From NCBI GenBank assembly GCA_964057225.1, contig OZ059899.1, positions 1,302,001-1,366,000 on the forward strand: DNA of 64,000 nucleotides, written 5' to 3'. Each line of letters begins with the position of its first letter. Positions within the stretch are counted from its first letter, which is position 1. Source of the stretch: Auanema rhodensis (taxonomy: Eukaryota > Animalia > Nematoda). The position numbers and the translations under genes are program-made. Positions 10,882-24,300 of the stretch are shown here, piece after piece. The notes beneath the pieces are model-generated. The model had not been told where the DNA came from, did no database searches, and was given only the letters and a program-made list of their open reading frames with translations.

Positions 10882-13800
10882 ACTTATATCAGTTGATATC
10901 TCGGTGCATTTTTAAGCTAGCGCAAATCTGATAACACAGATCGACGCAGCTTGAAAATCCGCATCGAATGCACTATACTACATTGAGAAACGCTTAATAC
11001 AAAAATTAGTTATGATTGTTTGAAAAATGATGCATTAGTGTATGTTGAGTTTCCATGTACACTCAACATTGCTTCCAAAAACATTTTGACAAAAATTTTT
11101 TCGAAAAATTTCAAAATAATTTAGCAAAAAGTAGATGTTTTTAGATTCCATTTCTCAAGGCAAAGACGATAGACAATGTTATTCAACGAAAAAATTATTT
11201 CTTCAGGGTGAAAATCGAGGATATAAGTGTGAACTTATATCAGTTGATATCTCGGTGCATTTTTAAGTTAGCGCAAATCTGATAACACAGATCGACGCAG
11301 CTTAAAAATCCGCATCGAATGCACTATACTACATTGAGAAACGCTTGATACAAAAATTAGTTATGATCGTTTGAAAAATGATGCATTAGTGTATGTTGAG
11401 TTTCCATGTACACTCAACATTGCTTCCAAAAACATTTTGACAAAAATTTTTTCGAAAAATTTCAAAATAATTTAGCAAAAAGTAGATGTTTTTAGATTCC
11501 ATTTTTCAAGGCAAAGACGATGGACAATGTTATTCAACGAAAAAATTGATTCTTCAGGGTGAAAATCGAGGATATAAGTGTGAACTTATATCAGTTGATA
11601 TCTCGGTGCATTTTTAAGCTAGCGCAAATCTGATAACACAGATCGACGCAGCTTAAAAATCCGCAGCGAATGCACTATACTACATTGAGAAACGCTCGAT
11701 ACAAAAATTAGTTATGATCGTTTGAAAAATCATGCATTAGTGTATGTTGAGTTTCCATGTACACTCAACATTGCTTCCAAAAACATTTTGACAAAATTTT
11801 TTTCGAAAAATTTCAAAAGAATTTAGCAAAAAGTAGATGTTTTTAGATTCCATTTTTCAAGGCAAAGACGATGGACAATGTTATTCAACGAAAAAATTAT
11901 TTCTTCAGGGTGAAAATCGAGGATATAAGTGTGAACTTATATCAGTTGATATCTCGGTGCATTTTTAAGTTAGCGCAAATCTGATAACACAGATCGACGC
12001 AGCTTAAAAATCCGCATCGAATGCACTATACTACACTGAGAAACGCTTGATACAAAAATTAGTTATGATCGTTTGAAAAATGATGCATTAGTGTATGTTG
12101 AGTTTCCATGTACACTCAACATTGCTTCCAAAAACATTTTGACAAAAATTTTTTCGAAAAATTTCAAAATAATTTAGCAAAAAGTAGATGTTTTTAGATT
12201 CCATTTCTCAAGGCAAAGACGATGGACAATGTTATTCAACGAAAAAATTATTTCTTCAGGGTGAAAATCGAGGATATAAGTGTGAACTTATATCAGTTGA
12301 TATCTCGGTGCATTTTTAAGTTAGCGCAAATCTGATAACACAGATCGACGCAGCTTAAAAATCCGCATCGAATGCACTATACTTCATTGAGAAACGCTTG
12401 ATACAAAAATTAGTTATGATCGTTTGAAAAATGATGCATTAGTGTATGTTGAGTTTCCATGTACACTCAACATTGCTTCCAAAAACATTTTGACAAAAAT
12501 TTTTTCGAAAAATTTCAAAATAATTTAGCAAAAAGTAGATGTTTTTAGATTCCATTTTTCAAGGCAAAGACGATGGACAATGTTATTCAACGAAAAAATT
12601 GATTCTTCAGGGTGAAAATCGAGGATATAAGTGTGAACTTATATCAGTTGATATCTCGGTGCATTTTTAAGCTAGCGCAAATCTGATAACACAGATCGAC
12701 GCAGCTTGAAAATCCGCATCGAATGCACTATACTACATTGAGAAACGCTTAATACAAAAATTAGTTATGATTGTTTGAAAAATGATGCATTAGTGTATGT
12801 TGAGTTTCCATGTACACTCAACATTGCTTCCAAAAACATTTTGACAAAAATTTTTTCGAAAAATTTCAAAATAATTTAGCAAAAAGTAGATGTTTTTAGA
12901 TTCCATTTCTCAAGGCAAAGACGATAGACAATGTTATTCAACGAAAAAATTATTTCTTCAGGGTGAAAATCGAGGATATAAGTGTGAACTTATATCAGTT
13001 GATATCTCGGTGCATTTTTAAGTTAGCGCAAATCTGATAACACAGATCGACGCAGCTTAAAAATCCGCATCGAATGCACTATACTACATTGAGAAACGCT
13101 TGATACAAAAATTAGTTATGATCGTTTGAAAAATGATGCATTAGTGTATGTTGAGTTTCCATGTACACTCAACATTGCTTCCAAAAACATTTTGACAAAA
13201 ATTTTTTCGAAAAATTTCAAAATAATTTAGCAAAAAGTAGATGTTTTTAGATTCCATTTTTCAAGGCAAAGACGATGGACAATGTTATTCAACGAAAAAA
13301 TTGATTCTTCAGGGTGAAAATCGAGGATATAAGTGTGAACTTATATCAGTTGATATCTCGGTGCATTTTTAAGCTAGCGCAAATCTGATAACACAGATCG
13401 ACGCAGCTTAAAAATCCGCAGCGAATGCACTATACTACATTGAGAAACGCTCGATACAAAAATTAGTTATGATCGTTTGAAAAATCATGCATTAGTGTAT
13501 GTTGAGTTTCCATGTACACTCAACATTGCTTCCAAAAACATTTTGACAAAATTTTTTTCGAAAAATTTCAAAAGAATTTAGCAAAAAGTAGATGTTTTTA
13601 GATTCCATTTTTCAAGGCAAAGACGATGGACAATGTTATTCAACGAAAAAATTATTTCTTCAGGGTGAAAATCGAGGATATAAGTGTGAACTTATATCAG
13701 TTGATATCTCGGTGCATTTTTAAGTTAGCGCAAATCTGATAACACAGATCGACGCAGCTTAAAAATCCGCATCGAATGCACTATACTACACTGAGAAACG

Positions 13801-16146
13801 CTTGATACAAAAATTAGTTATGATCGTTTGAAAAATGATGCATTAGTGTATGTTGAGTTTCCATGTACACTCAACATTGCTTCCAAAAACATTTTGACAA
13901 AAATTTTTTCGAAAAATTTCAAAATAATTTAGCAAAAAGTAGATGTTTTTAGATTCCATTTCTCAAGGCAAAGACGATGGACAATGTTATTCAACGAAAA
14001 AATTATTTCTTCAGGGTGAAAATCGAGGATATAAGTGTGAACTTATATCAGTTGATATCTCGGTGCATTTTTAAGTTAGCGCAAATCTGATAACACAGAT
14101 CGACGCAGCTTAAAAATCCGCATCGAATGCACTATACTTCATTGAGAAACGCTTGATACAAAAATTAGTTATGATCGTTTGAAAAATGATGCATTAGTGT
14201 ATGTTGAGTTTCCATGTACACTCAACATTGCTTCCAAAAACATTTTGACAAAAATTTTTTCGAAAAATTTCAAAATAATTTAGCAAAAAGTAGATGTTTT
14301 TAGATTCCATTTTTCAAGGCAAAGACGATGGACAATGTTATTCAACGAAAAAATTGATTCTTCAGGGTGAAAATCGAGGATATAAGTGTGAACTTATATC
14401 AGTTGATATCTCGGTGCATTTTTAAGCTAGCGCAAATCTGATAACACAGATCGACGCAGCTTGAAAATCCGCATCGAATGCACTATACTACATTGAGAAA
14501 CGCTTAATACAAAAATTAGTTATGATTGTTTGAAAAATGATGCATTAGTGTATGTTGAGTTTCCATGTACACTCAACATTGCTTCCAAAAACATTTTGAC
14601 AAAAATTTTTTCGAAAAATTTCAAAATAATTTAGCAAAAAGTAGATGTTTTTAGATTCCATTTCTCAAGGCAAAGACGATAGACAATGTTATTCAACGAA
14701 AAAATTATTTCTTCAGGGTGAAAATCGAGGATATAAGTGTGAACTTATATCAGTTGATATCTCGGTGCATTTTTAAGTTAGCGCAAATCTGATAACACAG
14801 ATCGACGCAGCTTAAAAATCCGCATCGAATGCACTATACTACATTGAGAAACGCTTGATACAAAAATTAGTTATGATCGTTTGAAAAATGATGCATTAGT
14901 GTATGTTGAGTTTCCATGTACACTCAACATTGCTTCCAAAAACATTTTGACAAAAATTTTTTCGAAAAATTTCAAAATAATTTAGCAAAAAGTAGATGTT
15001 TTTAGATTCCATTTTTCAAGGCAAAGACGATGGACAATGTTATTCAACGAAAAAATTGATTCTTCAGGGTGAAAATCGAGGATATAAGTGTGAACTTATA
15101 TCAGTTGATATCTCGGTGCATTTTTAAGCTAGCGCAAATCTGATAACACAGATCGACGCAGCTTAAAAATCCGCAGCGAATGCACTATACTACATTGAGA
15201 AACGCTCGATACAAAAATTAGTTATGATCGTTTGAAAAATCATGCATTAGTGTATGTTGAGTTTCCATGTACACTCAACATTGCTTCCAAAAACATTTTG
15301 ACAAAATTTTTTTCGAAAAATTTCAAAAGAATTTAGCAAAAAGTAGATGTTTTTAGATTCCATTTTTCAAGGCAAAGACGATGGACAATGTTATTCAACG
15401 AAAAAATTATTTCTTCAGGGTGAAAATCGAGGATATAAGTGTGAACTTATATCAGTTGATATCTCGGTGCATTTTTAAGTTAGCGCAAATCTGATAACAC
15501 AGATCGACGCAGCTTAAAAATCCGCATCGAATGCACTATACTACACTGAGAAACGCTTGATACAAAAATTAGTTATGATCGTTTGAAAAATGATGCATTA
15601 GTGTATGTTGAGTTTCCATGTACACTCAACATTGCTTCCAAAAACATTTTGACAAAAATTTTTTCGAAAAATTTCAAAATAATTTAGCAAAAAGTAGATG
15701 TTTTTAGATTCCATTTCTCAAGGCAAAGACGATGGACAATGTTATTCAACGAAAAAATTATTTCTTCAGGGTGAAAATCGAGGATATAAGTGTGAACTTA
15801 TATCAGTTGATATCTCGGTGCATTTTTAAGTTAGCGCAAATCTGATAACACAGATCGACGCAGCTTAAAAATCCGCATCGAATGCACTATACTACATTGA
15901 GAAACGCTTGATACAAAAATTAGTTATGATCGTTTGAAAAATGATGCATTAGTGTATGTTGAGTTTCCATGTACACTCAACATTGCTTCCAAAAACATTT
16001 TGACAAAAATTTTTTCGAAAAATTTCAAAATAATTTAGCAAAAAGTAGATGTTTTTAGATTCCATTTTTCAAGGCAAAGACGATGGACAATGTTATTCAA
16101 CGAAAAAATTGATTCTTCAGGGTGAAAATCGAGGATATAAGTGTGA
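10882..16146. repeat. 5-monomer higher-order repeat (1755 bp) x3
   Basis: Private markers recur at 1755-bp spacing. GCAGCTTGAAAAT plus TATGATTGTT are in monomers starting 10882, 12637 and 14392. The GCAGCGA/CTCGAT/AATCATG/A4T7/AAAAGAAT monomer starts at 11584, 13339 and 15094. ATACTTCATT is in monomers 12286 and 14041 but absent from the last monomer of the third copy. Confidence 0.93.
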
Positions 16147-18360
16147 ACTTATATCAGTTGATATCTCGGTGCATTTTTAAGCTAGCGCAAATCTGATAAC
16201 ACAGATCGACGCAGCTTAAAAATCCGCAGCGAATGCACTATACTACATTGAGAAACGCTCGATACAAAAATTAGTTATGATCGTTTGAAAAATCATGCAT
16301 TAGTGTATGTTGAGTTTCCATGTACACTCAACATTGCTTCCAAAAACATTTTGACAAAATTTTTTTCGAAAAATTTCAAAAGAATTTAGCAAAAAGTAGA
16401 TGTTTTTAGATTCCATTTTTCAAGGCAAAGACGATGGACAATGTTATTCAACGAAAAAATTATTTCTTCAGGGTGAAAATCGAGGATATAAGTGTGAACT
16501 TATATCAGTTGATATCTCGGTGCATTTTTAAGTTAGCGCAAATCTGATAACACAGATCGACGCAGCTTAAAAATCCGCATCGAATGCACTATACTACACT
16601 GAGAAACGCTTGATACAAAAATTAGTTATGATCGTTTGAAAAATGATGCATTAGTGTATGTTGAGTTTCCATGTACACTCAACATTGCTTCCAAAAATAT
16701 TTTGACAAAAATTTTTTCGAAAAATTTCAAAATAATTTAGCAAAAAGTAGATGTTTTTAGATTTCATTTTTCAAGGCAAAGACGATGGACAATGTTATTC
16801 AACGAAAAAATTAATTCTTCAGGGTGAAAATCGAGGATATAAGTGTGAACTTATATCAGTTGATATCTCGGTGCATTTTTAAGCTAGCGCAAATCTGATA
16901 ACACAGATCGACGCAGCTTAAAAATCCGCATCGAATGCACTATACTACATTGAGAAACGCTTAATACAAAAATTAGTTATGATCGTTTGAAAAATGATGC
17001 ATTAGTGTATGTTGAGTTTCCATGTACACTCAACATTGCTTCCAAAAACATTTTGACAAAAATTTTTTCGAAAAATTTCAAAATAATTTAGCAAAAAGTA
17101 GATGTTTTTAGATTCCATTTTTCAAGGCAAAGACGATGGACAATGTTATTCAACGAAAAAAATAATTCTTCAGGGTGAAAATCGAGGATATAAGTGTGAA
17201 CTTATATCAGTTGATATCTCGGTGCATTTTTAAGCTAGCGCAAATCTGATAACACAGATCGACGCAGCTTAAAAATCCGCATCGAATGCACTATACTACA
17301 TTGAGAAACGCTTAATACAAAAATTAGTTATGATCGTTTGAAAAATGATGCATTAGTGTATGTTGAGTTTCCATGTACACTCAACATTGCTTCCAAAAAC
17401 ATTTTGACAAAAATTTTTTCGAAAAATTTCAAAATAATTTAGCAAAAAGTAGATGTTTTTAGATTCCATTTTTCAAGGCAAAGACGATGGACAATGTTAT
17501 TCAACGAAAAAAATAATTCTTCAGGGTGAAAATCGAGGATATAAGTGTGAACTTATATCAGTTGATATCTCGGTGCATTTTTAAGCTAGCGCAAATCTGA
17601 TAACACAGATCGACGCAGCTTAAAAATCCGCATCGAATGCACTATACTACATTGAGAAACGCTTAATACAAAAATTAGTTATGATCGTTTGAAAAATGAT
17701 GCATTAGTGTATGTTGAGTTTCCATGTACACTCAACATTGCTTCCAAAAACATTTTGACAAAAATTTTTTCGAAAAATTTCAAAATAATTTAGCAAAAAG
17801 TAGATGTTTTTAGATTTCATTTTTCAAGGCAAAGACGATGGACAATGTTATTCAACGAAAAAATTAATTCTTCAGGGTGAAAATCGAGGATATAAGTGTG
17901 AACTTATATCAGTTGATATCTCGGTGCATTTTTAAGCTAGCGCAAATCTGATAACACAGATCGACGCAGCTTAAAAATCCGCATCGAATGCACTATACTA
18001 CATTGAGAAACGCTTAATACAAAAATTAGTTATGATCGTTTGAAAAATGATGCATTAGTGTATGTTGAGTTTCCATGTACACTCAACATTGCTTCCAAAA
18101 ACATTTTGACAAAAATTTTTTCGAACAATTTCAAAATAATTTAGCAAAAAGTAGATGTTTTTAGATTCCATTTTTCAAGGCAAAGACGATGGACAATGTT
18201 ATTCAACGAAAAAATTAATTCTTCAGAGTGAAAATCGAGGATATAAGTGTGAACTTATATCAGTTGATATCTCGGTGCATTTTTAAGCTAGCGCAAATCT
18301 GATAACACAGATCGACGCAACTTAAAAATCCGCATCGAATGCACTATACTACATTGAGAA
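16147..18360. repeat. ~6.3-monomer block duplicated at 19653-~21860 (offset 3506 = 10 monomers minus the 4-bp deletion)
   Basis: Private markers are shared in order: AAAAATATTTTG, two consecutive monomers with GAAAAAAATAATTC, TCGAACAATT (18126 and 21632), and GCAACTT. Confidence 0.9.
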
Positions 18361-21300
18361 ACGCTTGATACAAAAATTAGTTATGATCGTTTGAAAAATG
18401 ATGCATTAGTGTATATTGAGTTTCCATGTACACTCAACATTGCTTCCAAAAACATTTTGACAAAAATTTTTTCGAAAAATTTCAAATAAATTTAGCAAAA
18501 AGTAGATGTTTTTAGATTCCATTTCTCAAGGCAAAGACGATGGACAATGTTATTCAACGAAAAAATTAATTCTTCAGGGTGAAAATTGAGGATATAAGTG
18601 TGAACTTATATCAGTTGATATCTCGGTGCATTTTTAAGCTAGCGCAAATCTGATAACACAGATCGACGCAGCTTAAAAATCCGCATCGAATGCACTATAC
18701 TACATTGAGAAACGCTTGATACAAAAATTAGTTATGATCGTTTGAAAAATGATGCATTAGTGTATGTTGAGTTTCCATGTACACTCAACATTGCTTCCAA
18801 AAACATTTTGACAAAAATTTTTTTGAAAAATTTCAGAATAATTTAGCAAAAAGTAGATGTTTTTAGATTCCATTTTTCAAGGCAAAGACGATAGACAATG
18901 TTATTCAACAAGAAAATTAATTCTTCAGGGTGAAAATCGAGGATATAAGTGTGAACTTATATCAGTTGATATCTCGGTGCATTTTTAAGCTAGCGCAAAT
19001 CTGATAACACAGATCGACGCAGCTTAAAAATCCGCATCGAATGCACTATACTACATTGAGAAACGCTTAATACAAAAATTAGTTATGATCGTTTGAAAAA
19101 TGATGCATTAGTGTATGTTGAGTTTCCATGTACACTCAACATTGCTTCCAAAAACATTTTGACAAAAATTTTTCTGAAAAATTTCAGAATAATTTAGCAA
19201 AAAGTAGATGTTTTTAGATTCCATTTTTCAAGGCAAAGACGATAGACAATGTTATTCAACAAATTAATTCTTCAGGGTGAAAATCGAGGATATAAGTGTG
19301 AACTTATATCAGTTGATATCTCGGTGCATTTTTAAGCTAGCGCAAATCTGATAACACAGATCGACGCAGCTTAAAAATCCGCATCGAATGCACTATACTA
19401 CATTGAGAAACGCTTAATACAAAAATTAGTTATGATCGTTTGAAAAATGATGCATTAGTGTATGTTGAGTTTCCATGTACACTCAACATTGCTTCCAAAA
19501 ACATTTTGACAAAAATTTTTTTGAAAAATTTCAGAATAATTTAGCAAAAAGTAGATGTTTTTAGATTCCATTTTTCAAGGCAAAGACGATAGACAATGTT
19601 ATTCAACGAAAAAATTGATTCTTCAGGGTGAAAATCGAGGATATAAGTGTGAACTTATATCAGTTGATATCTCGGTGCATTTTTAAGCTAGCGCAAATCT
19701 GATAACACAGATCGACGCAGCTTAAAAATCCGCAGCGAATGCACTATACTACATTGAGAAACGCTCGATACAAAAATTAGTTATGATCGTTTGAAAAATC
19801 ATGCATTAGTGTATGTTGAGTTTCCATGTACACTCAACATTGCTTCCAAAAACATTTTGACAAAATTTTTTTCGAAAAATTTCAAAAGAATTTAGCAAAA
19901 AGTAGATGTTTTTAGATTCCATTTTTCAAGGCAAAGACGATGGACAATGTTATTCAACGAAAAAATTATTTCTTCAGGGTGAAAATCGAGGATATAAGTG
20001 TGAACTTATATCAGTTGATATCTCGGTGCATTTTTAAGTTAGCGCAAATCTGATAACACAGATCGACGCAGCTTAAAAATCCGCATCGAATGCACTATAC
20101 TACACTGAGAAACGCTTGATACAAAAATTAGTTATGATCGTTTGAAAAATGATGCATTAGTGTATGTTGAGTTTCCATGTACACTCAACATTGCTTCCAA
20201 AAATATTTTGACAAAAATTTTTTCGAAAAATTTCAAAATAATTTAGCAAAAAGTAGATGTTTTTAGATTTCATTTTTCAAGGCAAAGACGATGGACAATG
20301 TTATTCAACGAAAAAATTAATTCTTCAGGGTGAAAATCGAGGATATAAGTGTGAACTTATATCAGTTGATATCTCGGTGCATTTTTAAGCTAGCGCAAAT
20401 CTGATAACACAGATCGACGCAGCTTAAAAATCCGCATCGAATGCACTATACTACATTGAGAAACGCTTAATACAAAAATTAGTTATGATCGTTTGAAAAA
20501 TGATGCATTAGTGTATGTTGAGTTTCCATGTACACTCAACATTGCTTCCAAAAACATTTTGACAAAAATTTTTTCGAAAAATTTCAAAATAATTTAGCAA
20601 AAAGTAGATGTTTTTAGATTCCATTTTTCAAGGCAAAGACGATGGACAATGTTATTCAACGAAAAAAATAATTCTTCAGGGTGAAAATCGAGGATATAAG
20701 TGTGAACTTATATCAGTTGATATCTCGGTGCATTTTTAAGCTAGCGCAAATCTGATAACACAGATCGACGCAGCTTAAAAATCCGCATCGAATGCACTAT
20801 ACTACATTGAGAAACGCTTAATACAAAAATTAGTTATGATCGTTTGAAAAATGATGCATTAGTGTATGTTGAGTTTCCATGTACACTCAACATTGCTTCC
20901 AAAAACATTTTGACAAAAATTTTTTCGAAAAATTTCAAAATAATTTAGCAAAAAGTAGATGTTTTTAGATTCCATTTTTCAAGGCAAAGACGATGGACAA
21001 TGTTATTCAACGAAAAAAATAATTCTTCAGGGTGAAAATCGAGGATATAAGTGTGAACTTATATCAGTTGATATCTCGGTGCATTTTTAAGCTAGCGCAA
21101 ATCTGATAACACAGATCGACGCAGCTTAAAAATCCGCATCGAATGCACTATACTACATTGAGAAACGCTTAATACAAAAATTAGTTATGATCGTTTGAAA
21201 AATGATGCATTAGTGTATGTTGAGTTTCCATGTACACTCAACATTGCTTCCAAAAACATTTTGACAAAAATTTTTTCGAAAAATTTCAAAATAATTTAGC

Positions 21301-24300
21301 AAAAAGTAGATGTTTTTAGATTTCATTTTTCAAGGCAAAGACGATGGACAATGTTATTCAACGAAAAAATTAATTCTTCAGGGTGAAAATCGAGGATATA
21401 AGTGTGAACTTATATCAGTTGATATCTCGGTGCATTTTTAAGCTAGCGCAAATCTGATAACACAGATCGACGCAGCTTAAAAATCCGCATCGAATGCACT
21501 ATACTACATTGAGAAACGCTTAATACAAAAATTAGTTATGATCGTTTGAAAAATGATGCATTAGTGTATGTTGAGTTTCCATGTACACTCAACATTGCTT
21601 CCAAAAACATTTTGACAAAAATTTTTTCGAACAATTTCAAAATAATTTAGCAAAAAGTAGATGTTTTTAGATTCCATTTTTCAAGGCAAAGACGATGGAC
21701 AATGTTATTCAACGAAAAAATTAATTCTTCAGAGTGAAAATCGAGGATATAAGTGTGAACTTATATCAGTTGATATCTCGGTGCATTTTTAAGCTAGCGC
21801 AAATCTGATAACACAGATCGACGCAACTTAAAAATCCGCATCGAATGCACTATACTACATTGAGAAACGCTTAATACAAAAATTAGTTATGATCGTTTGA
21901 AAAATGATGCATTAGTGTATGTTGAGTTTCCATGTACACTCAACATTGCTTCCAAAAACATTTTGACAAAAATTTTTTCGAAAAATTTCAAAATAATTTA
22001 GCAAAAAGTAGATGTTTTTAGATTCCTTTTTTCAAGGCAAAGACGATGGACAATGTTATTCAACAAAAAAATTATTTCTTCAGGGTGAAAATCGAGGATA
22101 TAAGTGTGAACTTATATCAGTTGATATCTCGGTGCATTTTTAAGCTAGCGCAAATCTGATAACACAGATCGACGCAGCTTAAAAATCCGCATCGAATGCA
22201 CTATACTACATTGAGAAACGCTTAATACAAAAATTGGTTATGATCGTTTGAAAAATGATGCATTAGTGTATGTTGAGTTTCCATGTACACTCAACATTGC
22301 TTCCAAAAACATTTTGACAAAAATTTTTTCGAAAAATTTCAAAATAATTTAGCAAAAAGTAAATGTTTTAAGATTCCATTTTTCAAGGCAAAGACGATGG
22401 ACAATGTTATTCAACGAAAAAATTAATTCTTCAGGGTGAAAATCGAGGATATAAGTGTGAACTTATATCAGTTGATATCTCGGTGCATTTTTAAGCTAGC
22501 GCAAATCTGATAACACAGATCGACGCAGCTTAAAAATGCGCATCGAATGCACTATACTACATTGAGAAACGCTTAATACAAAAATTAGTTATGATCGTTT
22601 GAAAAATGATACATTAGTGTATGTTGAGTTTCCATGTACACTCAACATTGCTTCCAAAAACATTTTGACAAAAATTTTTTCGAAAAATTTCAAAATAATT
22701 TAGCAAAAAGTAGATGTTTTTAGATTCCTTTTTTCAAGGCAAAGACGATGGACAATGTTATTCAACAAAAAAATTATTTCTTCAGGGTGAAAATCGAGGA
22801 TATAAGTGTGAACTTATATCAGTTGATATCTCGGTGCATTTTTAAGCTAGCGCAAATCTGATAACACAGATCGACGCAGCTTAAAAATCCGCATCGAATG
22901 CACTATACTACATTGAGAAACGCTTAATACAAAAATTAGTTATGATCGTTTGAAAAATGATGCATTAGTGTATGTTGAGTTTCCATGTACACTCAACATT
23001 GCTTCCAAAAACATTTTGACAAAAATTTTTTTGAAAAATTTCAGAATAATTTAGCAAAAAGTAGATGTTTTTAGATTCCATTTTTCAAGGCAAAGACGAT
23101 AGACAATGTTATTCAACAAGAAAATTAATTCTTCAGGGTGAAAATCGAGGATATAAGTGTGAACTTATATCAGTTGATATCTCGGTGCATTTTTAAGCTA
23201 GCGCAAATCTGATAACACAGATCGACGCAGCTTAAAAATCCGCATCGAATGCACTATACTACATTGAGAAAGGCTTAATACAAAAATTAGTTATGATCGT
23301 TTGAAAAATGATGCATTAGTGTATGTTGAGTTTCCATGTACACTCAACATTGCTTCCAAAAACATTTTGACAAAAATTTTTTCGAAAAATTTCAAAATAA
23401 TTTAGCAAAAAGTAGATGTTTTTAGATTCCATTTTTCAAGGCAAAGACGATGGACAATGTTATTCAACGAAAAAATTAATTCTTCAGAGTGAAAATCGAG
23501 GATATAAGTGTGAACTTATATCAGTTGATATCTCGGTGCATTTTTAAGCTAGCGCAAATCTGATAACACAGATCGACGCAGCTTAAAAATCCGCAGCGAA
23601 TGCACTATACTACATTGAGAAACGCTCGATACAAAAATTAGTTATGATCGTTTGAAAAATCATGCATTAGTGTATGTTGAGTTTCCATGTACACTCAACA
23701 TTGCTTCCAAAAACATTTTGACAAAATTTTTTTCGAAAAATTTCAGAATAATTTAGCAAAAAGTAGATGTTTTTAGATTCCATTTTTCAAGGCAAAGACG
23801 ATAGACAATGTTATTCAACAAGAAAATTAATTCTTCAGGGTGAAAATCGAGGATATAAGTGTGAACTTATATCAGTTGATATCTCGGTGCATTTTTAAGC
23901 TAGCGCAAATCTGATAACACAGATCGACGCAGCTTAAAAATCCGCATCGAATGCACTATACTACATTGAGAAACGCTTAATACAAAAATTAGTTATGATC
24001 GTTTGAAAAATGATGCATTAGTGTATGTTGAGTTTCCATGTACACTCAACATTGCTTCCAAAAACATTTTGACAAAAATTTTTTTGAAAAATTTCAGAAT
24101 AATTTAGCAAAAAGTAGATGTTTTTAGATTCCATTTTTCAAGGCAAAGACGATAGACAATGTTATTCAACAAGAAAATTAATTCTTCAGGGTGAAAATCG
24201 AGGATATAAGTGTGAACTTATATCAGTTGATATCTCGGTGCATTTTTAAGCTAGCGCAAATCTGATAACACAGATCGACGCAGCTTAAAAATCCGCATCG

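Noticed and set aside
18910-19175. CAACGAA>CAACAAG and TTTTTTCG>TTTTTCTG as single multi-nucleotide events
   Set aside because: Plausible single-step intermediates are present in the window (CAACAAAAAA at ~22065 and ~22767; TTTTTTTG in sister monomers).
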